64,000 nt of DNA from Macrostomum hystrix (Eukaryota > Animalia > Platyhelminthes): NCBI GenBank assembly GCA_950097015.1, contig CATNEN010000039.1, forward strand, positions 16,058,001-16,122,000, in the 5' to 3' direction. Below are positions 23,301 to 32,300 of this stretch, in pieces (the stretch's first letter is position 1; every line of letters begins with the position of its first letter). The position numbers were made by a program, and so were the translations under genes. Below the pieces are notes generated by a model. That model was not told the origin of the DNA. It saw only the letters and a program-made list of their open reading frames with translations, and did not search any database.

Positions 23301-26300
23301 AAATGGGAGAGGATCATTTTATAACTCCATGCCACCATTTAATCTGTTCCCTTGACTTAGGCTACTCACGTGGCAGCTAATAGGATTTTTAATTTAGCGT
23401 GACCTAAAAACTCTTGCTTGTAGGAAACTCACACAGCTAAGATTAGGCCTATTCTCAAATTTATTCCCATATTCGGTAACGGACACCGAATCTGTAAATC
23501 CCAAAATTGACTGCATAAGCTCCCTAGTGCTCCTAGCAGATTGACATGTGTAAGTGGCTTTTCTCACAACCCCTATTTCAATAGACTCATTGTGTAGACC
23601 CATTTCTATCCACACACTCAAATTTAAGATAGATGTGTTTGATAAGATGCAATTATTGCATTGCAAAGCCTACATGCCTAGAGATATGAACTTCGGATTC
23701 CTGTTCTTTCCCTTCAATTTGCAGGCTACTAAGAATGGTTGCCTTTTGGATAGATTGACACACCGAGTGCATAGCTGCGGAATGTTCTAACTAAGGAAAA
23801 ACTTTGAGACTTTGATATTTAAAATATCTATTTGAAGATGTACTCTATATAGCAAGTGACATTGTCGAGAAAAATTATTTTACGCTTAAATAGAACGCTC
23901 TGATTAGATAAGACAATACTAGATTAGATTAGAGTAGATTAGATTAGATTAGATTAGATTAGATTAGATTAGATTAGATTAGATTAGATTAGATTAGTTT
24001 AGATTAGATTAGATTAGATTGGATTAGATTAGATTAAATTAGATTAGATTAGATTAGATTAGATTAGATTAGATTAGATTAGTTTAGATTAGATTAGATT
24101 AGATTGGATTAGATTAGATTATAATAAATTAGATTAGATTAGATTAGATTAGATTAGATTATATTATATTATATTAGATTAGATTAGATTAGATTAGATT
24201 ACATTATATTATATTATATTAAATTATATTAGATTAGATTAGATTAAATTAGATTATATTCGATTAGGTTAGATTAATGGATAAGGATTCAAATAAGTTT
24301 TAGTTTAATCAAGTTTGTTAAACTGTAAGTTTAAAAATGTGTTAATTCCCTTTTCAGTTGAAAAGTGCAATTACTTGCAAACGCAAGGTTCGACAACTCG
24401 ACACTTCATAATTGTAGAAAGCGAAAACTGTAGGATTGTGTCTAGAAATTGGTTAGCAACGGCACGGCAGCAGGGAGAGAAAATTAGGGTGGGTTGAGAA
24501 AAGACGAGGATGCTGATTTTGAATGAGGCAGCGTTTGCACTCCTCTTAGCGTTAAAGCATCGAGCATTGGGATGGCCACATACTGTCGCCCTGAAGCTTG
24601 TGTCGCTAATTTCTGTGCAAATTTTTCACAACATCTCTCTATCAGTCACACTGTGAGCCTATGCGCGCATTATACGAGAATTCATAATGTTTACTAGGCC
24701 AGTAAGTGTTTGAGGTTGGTGTGTTAGGTCACGGTCACAATGGCGAGGCTCCTTTCACTTTCTCTCTCCCTCCCTCCCTCGCACTCTCGCCATCGATCAA
24801 TTCGAGAAGCTGCCGCCTGGCTGGAATTCTGGCTCCGGGAGTGTCCGCTAGCTGTTAAACAGAAAAAAATAGAGAGAGACAGAATGCTAAAAAACTAATT
24901 CTGCTCGATACAGTTTTCCATTATGCTTTTATCTATAGTTCGATTGCTGCTTTTTCTATAGTTATTTATCCTCCTCTCCTCTCCTCTCCTGTCCTCTCCT
25001 GCCCTCTCCTCTCCTGTCCTCTCCTGCCCTCTCCTCTCCTGTCCTCTCCTCTCCTCTCCTCTCCTGTCCTCTCCTGTCCTATCCTCTCCTCTCCTCTCCT
25101 CTCCTCTCCTCTCCTCTCCTCTCCTCTCCTCTCCTCTCCTGTCCTCTCCTGTCCTCTCCTCTCCTGTCCTCTCCTGTCCTCTCCTGTCCTCTCCTCTCCT
25201 CTCCTCTCCTCTCCTGTCCTCTCCTGTCCTCTCCTCTCCTCTCCTCTCCTCTCCTCTCCTGTCCTCTCCTCTCCTCTCCTCTCCTCTCCTCTCCTATCCT
25301 GTCCTCTCCTCTATTTTCTATAAATAAACTACCACGAGGTGCTCAAAGAGAAACAGAAATTATGGAATGGTCTAATTTCGTTTGCAAAAAATGCTACTTA
25401 TCAATCATTACTTGCAGCCTCTATTTCCGCAAAAGATTCGATTTCAAATTTTTATCACAGATGTGGTTGCTTTGCCTCTCAAAGCAAGAAATTTGTTTCG
25501 CAACACACGTGCTGCTCTGTTTGAGTCGAGTGGCTGCCCCATCTGTTTTGCTAAAAAATCTCTGTTTCTCTCTCGATTTCACGGTATAATTTTGTATCAA
25601 TTTTCGTTTCCCAAAGAAATCAGGAAACTGAATACTGGTCTGCAAAGATGTCCGTTTAGTCGTCCATGCATCATCGAAATGACGCGACCAATGTAAATTC
25701 ATGCAGATCGTATTGAATTTCGAGGGCCAAACAAAGTATAGAGTGGAATTCGGCGTTGGATGGCAATTTGATAGCACTGACCGGAGACTCATGATGACTT
25801 TTAGCGGTTTTTTGGCTGTTGGGATAATCTGCAAATGTGTAGCGAACAATTTGGCCGTTTTTTTCTAGCATTTTCTCCTACGTTGGAGTCTCTCATTTAG
25901 GAAAATCATTTTTCTCTTACATTACTCACACTCTCCCTTCCCCTCCCATCCTCTCCCTTTCTCTCCCTTTCTCTCCCTTCCTCTTTCTTCCCCTCCCATC
26001 CTCTCCCTTTCTCTCCTTTCCTTTACCTTCCTCTCCCTTCCTCTCCCTTTCTCTCCCCTCCTCTCCTTTCCCCTCCCTTCCTCTACGAGTATTCTTGTCT
26101 CTCTTCCTCTCCCTTCCTCTCCTTTCCTTTCCCTTCCTCTCCCTTTCTCTCCCTTCCTCTCCTTTCCTTTCCCTTCCTCTCCCTTTCTCTCCCTTCCTCT
26201 CCCTTCTCTCCCTTCCTCTCCTTTCCCTCCCTTCCTCTATTCTTGTCTCTCTTCCTCTCCCTTCCTCTCCTTTCCTTTCCCTTCCTCTCCCTTCCTCTCC

Positions 26301-29300
26301 CTTCCTCTCCTTTCCTCTTCTTTACTCTCCTTTCCTTCCCCTTCCTCTCCTTTCCCCTCCCTTCCTCTCCTTTCCTCTCCCTTCCTCTCCTTTACTCTCC
26401 CTTCCGCTCTCTTCCTCTACCTTCCTCTCCCTTCCCCTCCCTTCTCCTCTCTTCCTCTCCCTTCCTCTCCCTTCCTCTCCCTTCCTTTCCGTTCCTCTCC
26501 TTTTCCCTCCCTTCCTCTCCTTTCCTCTCCCTTCCTCTCCTTTACTCTCCCTTCCCCTCTCTTCCTCTACCTTCCTCTCCCTTCCCCTCCCTTCTCCTCT
26601 CTTCCTCTCCCTTCCTCTCCCTTCCTCTCCCTTCCTCTCCCTTCCTCTCCCTTCCTCTCCCTTCCTCTCCCTTCCTTTCCCTTCCTCTCCCATCCTCTCC
26701 CTTCGTTTCCCTTCCTCTATTCTTGTTTCACTTCCTCTCCCTTCCTCTCCCTTCCTTTCCCTTCCCTCCCTTCCCCTCCCTTCCTCTATTCTTGTCTATC
26801 TTCCTCTCCTTTCCGCTCCCTTCCTCTCTTCTTGACTATCTTCCTCTATTTTGCCTCATTTTGCTTATCTCCACTTAACTTATCAACCTCCTTTAAATCA
26901 TTTTCTCTTTCTTTTTTTAATGAAAGTTAGCGGTGCGCACTAGATGAACCTGACTAAAGCGCGATACTATTGCAGGCACTCAGAGGCGACGGTTACATCC
27001 TGACTGACGGGCTGTGGCACAGGGTCAGAATTAGCCGGCGAGAATTCACACTGGCAATGACACTGGACGACAATCCGAATTTCGAGAGAAGTGAGTAAAC
27101 TTTAACAAAACCCAACTGCAATAAATGTAGATCAATTTCAAAAAAATTTTTTCTAAATTACAGCGTTATATTTTGTTTAAGTGTGCTGCTGTGTTTTATT
27201 ATTCAAATGCCTAACAAAAAATATTTAAATTCCTGCATTTGTTTGTCATGGAGTTTTCTCTGGTTTAATCATTCTATCCCTCCTGGATTTGATACTAATT
27301 TCACCCCTGCTTACTGACATGCATAGTTACTTGGTTACAAGGCTTACTGAGTGACTTAAAATATTTTAAAACTCATTACCCACTGCTTGCGGATATAACG
27401 ATATTTATAAAACTTGCCAGAATCGTCTCTTAGAAAACTTTGTAAAAATTGGCTTCTTGTGTGTTCTAGAGCAAAATTTGTACGAATTAAAAGACCCCAT
27501 TGACATTTAGGAAAGCCAGCCACTTGAACTCTACTTAAATTGTTAAATGCTGTTGAGTTTTAAGACATTTCATGGTCTGTAGTTAAAAATTTGAAAAGGT
27601 TCTATACGATGTGTCGATGAATAACGTCAGGTGTTAACCGAAGCACAAATTTCCTTATTTAACAAGCGTTTAATATTCCCCATTCGTCATGCAGATAAGA
27701 TCCAATACTCGCTCGTTATTAATTTATTTTGAGTTCATTCAAACAAAGAAACGTTATTTGGGTACTCCGAATTAAAAGCCAGCCTACTTTCAAGTAGTAG
27801 GTAAAGAGTTTTTGCTTTTCGCGCCCAAAAGTTACCAAAAAACAAAGAGAGAAATTTTGAGTTTTCAGTTTGCTGCTTAAATTATTATGCTTATCCCTGC
27901 TAATTATTTGCTCCTAATGGCGAGTGTTTATATGGAAATATGCTTCGAAATAATAAGTATATCTAAATCTTGAATAGTTCAATTAGATGTCAATCTTATT
28001 AAATTAAAAATAACTGCAAAAACATTTTCGAAGTTTAGGATAAATACTAATTCTATTTAACTTTACATTTGTCTATAATAAAAGGACAATAATTTCCGGA
28101 ATTATATGTTTTATTGCTGTAATTGCGCAGTTTCTCTAGCTAGATTAACTATATCAGTTTAATCGAATTTTCGCATCACAAAAAGAAACAGAACAAAAAG
28201 CATAATTTTTAGTTTTAATAAATAAAATTATTATTATTCTAGTTTGATGTAATATAAAATTTGAATTCAAGGAAATTTGACAGAATCAATCTAAAAATAG
28301 CTGATTTAACACTAGCTCAATGAAATTGATTCAATTGGCCATTGTACTTGCAAAATTGATAGATTGTTTAAACAAAAATGCAGAGTACTATTAATTACGG
28401 TAGCTTACTAAGATATTCTTATGGAAAAAAATTATAAATTATAAAATTATAACGTCAAGCAGTCTAACCTGACACTGCGCCCGAAAATAAACTCAACTCT
28501 CGGCGACTAAAATTCGCTAAAATTGAAAATTTCAGGCCTAACACACCTTCAGAGTGACGGACTGGCTAACCTGCTTATTACTAAAGTTATTCACATCGCT
28601 GGTAGGCGCCAGTTTGAGTAGGGTGCAAATCCAACGCGCATGCGATCAGAACAAATCGGGAACATCCATTGAAGTTTCCTTCATCATTTTTATTTTTTCT
28701 TAATTAACTTTTTATACATCCGTGTAAATGCACCAGCAAATTCACTGCGTCAAAACACAGCCATTCGTATGCCTATCTTTCTAAAGGCTATCGGACTAAA
28801 AAAATAATTTTTTTACAAAAAGCATATTTATCTGTTTAATCTTTTGATAATTTTGTCTATCTAAAATGCTAATATTATGCGTGCAATTTTTCCTGTTTTA
28901 ATTTACTTGTCATGTGAAATTTTAAAAGAAAAATCTCTACAGCGCGGCGACTTGACGAAGTCAAATCTTAACGTGATTTTTAAAGAGTTTATACGAAATC
29001 AAATGCACTTTTCAATTTTATGCCTGTTCATTGGCCGCTTCAACAGATGACGGTCCAGCGCACAATCATCATTTAATCACTGACCCAAGGGATGATCGCA
29101 ATTGCTTGAATAATAAAAACGGCTTCAGATTACCTTGCATATTTATTTATATTTTGCAACAACACCCCACAGCTCATTTCCAGCCAATTACGACTACTTC
29201 AACCCCACCTCTCCAAACCTCTTACACCCCCAGTCGGATTGGCTGCTGTCAACCCCTCCTCCACACCCTATAAACCCCTTCTCCAATCGGATTGGAGGTC

Positions 29301-32300
29301 GCTGCCAACCTCTACGTCACTCCCCCAGTGCCTCAAGCTGATTGGTTGCTGTCGACCCCTTGTGTCCCTCTCCAGTTACTATGAAGTGTATTCTCCCTCA
29401 TTCACCCGAAAAGCATGCTAAATAAGTCGCTGATCGGGGTGACTCGGGTGTTGCTATCAACAGTAGGACTATACCAAGCGATTTTCCCGTTCGTCTTTAT
29501 ACCAAGGGGGAAATCCCTTCAGAATTTTTTTGGCTGCTCCTGAATGCTAACAGCGTTAGGTGGTGGCTGATTGGTTGACAGACTAGGCGATGGTGTCCTG
29601 AGGTTGAGCTGCGCCTAATATTAAGGCTTGATCAGTGAAATTGGAGAAGTTAGCGTCAGCTGGTGCCCATAGTTGTAGCCCTTGAAGGTCCAGCAGCCCG
29701 TCTAGATAAAGGTAGGTGACCACCGAAGACGGAGATGATGCAGGCACATTCGGGTGACATGCTGATCAATTTTGAAGGCCTGGCAAGGCCGCACTGAGGC
29801 ACAGTGCTAATTCGTGTTTAGTGGTGTATGAAATACACTAGCTCTTATGGGAAAAATCAGACCTTCGGCCAGAACCATCGAAAATCTCGACGGTCTGAAG
29901 AGCTGGCGGCTTGTTCTTGTTTCAGAAGATGCGCAACAAAAAGTTGGCCCTTTTCTTGAGTTTCGTCTGCGTGCATTGTTCCGTTCGGGTGCAGCACAAA
30001 AGAATTGTCAGGGGGAATTCTGCCTTGGTAGTTCTACTGCTAAACCAATGCGCATCAGGCCTAAATATTAAAAGTGACAATTGCGCCTAGAACGACGAAG
30101 GATGAAAAATCGTTACTACGAGAATATTTTCAACTAGAACATTTTATTTACAAATTGCACAGTAATTATGTACCGTGAAAAAGATACTGATCTTTCGTAG
30201 TCAAAAGTTCTATTTTTATCCTTTTAAAATTTACTTTCCTATATACGTTACTTTAAAGTAGTAACTATCTGGCATGATTAAAAATATTAGTAAATTTCAT
30301 TACGGAGAAATAAAGTCCAGCATTTTTAGAAGCTAGAAAGCGATGGCATTGCATTTTTCGCAACATATCGGCTATCCCGGTTTTTATTTCTTATCTGCCC
30401 ACCCTCAGGCGTGGATGGCACCGAGAAGAACTTCAAACAGTTGGAGACATCCGAAATCGGTGTTGGGGCTCCTTCAGGCCAATACGCGGAAGAGGGCCAG
30501 CAGCAGCAGCAGCAGGCAGCGCGACAAAACTTCTTCTTCGGCAGTATGAGCCATTTCACATTTAACGGAATCGACTACTTCAACGCCGAGCAGCGTAGAA
30601 AACTGGACGCCGAGTCGTCAACAAGCGTCGAAGTCACGGCCAGGGAGGATGACTCCCCTGTTGACATCCTGTTGCCATTCACAGTTCGCAGCCCGCGAGC
30701 ATTCGCCGAGATGCCAACTCTCCGCCTTGTTGGCAGCTTCAACCTGCGTTTACACTTTCGCACCGGCCAGGCCAACGGTCTCCTGCTAATTAGCACCGGT
30801 GGAGCATCGCGCAACGCAGATTTTCTGCTGCTGGAACTGTTGAACGGGCGACTGCGGCTGGCGCTGAATCCGGGGCTGACTTCGGTTGTGACGCAACGCG
30901 AGCTGCCGTCGATCGCCAGCGGCCAGAGGCTCGACGACAACAGGTGGCACCAGGTGGAGCTGAGGCGACGATCTCTCCAGCGGCTGGTGTTTCGAGTCGA
31001 CGGTCAGCCGGCCGGATCGGAGGGCTTCGTTGGCGACGATGGCGGCGGCGGCTTCAATGTCAATGTGAACAAAAATAGCCTGTTTCTGGGCGGCGCGCCC
31101 GAGCACCTCATGGAGGCTAGGCGTGACGTCATCCTTTCTGGCGTTGGCTTTCAGGTGGGATGTCAAGAATAAACACCTTAGTTGTGGCGGTTGGGTGGTT
31201 GGGCCAATAAAATACACCTGATTTAGTTAGCTGCTATTTCCAGCAATAAAACACATCCAGGGGTTGCGGGTGATGGAGCTAGCCAATAAAACACATCCAG
31301 GGGTGGTGGGTGATGGAGCTAGCCAATAAAACACATCCAGGGGTGGTGGGTGATGGAGCTAGCCAATAAAACACATCCAGGGGTGGTGGGTGATGGAGCT
31401 AGCCAATAAAACACATCCAGGGGTGGTGGGTGATGGAGCTAGCCAATAAAACACATCCAGGGGTGGTGGATGATGGAGCTAGCCAATAAAACATCCAGGG
31501 GTGGTGGGTGATGGAGCTAGCCAATAAAACATCCAGGGGTGGTGGGTGATGGAGCTAGCCAATAAAACATCCAGGGGTGGTGGGTGATGGAGCTAGCCAA
31601 TGAAACTTATTTAAAAAGCGGCTTACTTTTGCAGGGCTGTCTCGGCTCCGTGCACCTCTGCGGCCGTGGCATGCTGGGTGAGGATAGCGTCTCTGACGAG
31701 GCCCGGAGCAGCTCAAACGACGCCGAGTTGGCTTCGGTTTGCGACGTCCTAGACAGTCGCCTAAATCGACACGAATTCGTCGATGACCTGACGCCGAGGT
31801 GTCAACGGCCGAAGATCGAGTGCCACAGCCAGATGTGCTACTACGGCGGTCATTGTCTGCAACAGAGGGATAGCGTCGCCTGCTTGTGCGACGCCACATC
31901 GTTTACGGGCGAGTGGTGCAACCGAGGTGAGCAAGCAGGGGCGGAGTCGGGATTGAAGACAGGGGCGGAGTCGGGATTGAAGACAGGGGCGGAGTCGGGA
32001 TTGAAGACAGGGGCGGAGTCGGGATTGAAGACAGGGGCGGAGTTGGGATTGAAGACAGGGGAGGAGTCGGGATTGAAGACAGGGGCGGAGTCGGGATTGA
32101 AGACAGGGGCGGAGTCGGGATTGAAGACAGGGGCGGAGTCGGGATTGAAGACAGGGGAGGAGTCAGGATTGAAGACAGGGGCGGAGTCGGGATTGAAGAC
32201 AGGGGATGAGTCGGGACTGAAGACAGGGGCGGAGTCGGGATTGAAGACAGGGGCGGAGTCGGGATTGAAGACAGGGGAGGAGTCGGGACTGAAAACAGGG

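Noticed and set aside
23920-24275. Telomeric repeat
   Set aside because: The unit is TTAGA, not TTAGG or TTAGGG, and the array is intronic.
25339-25871. Cluster of ORFs between the CT repeats
   Set aside because: No recognisable domain and no splice context compatible with neurexin.
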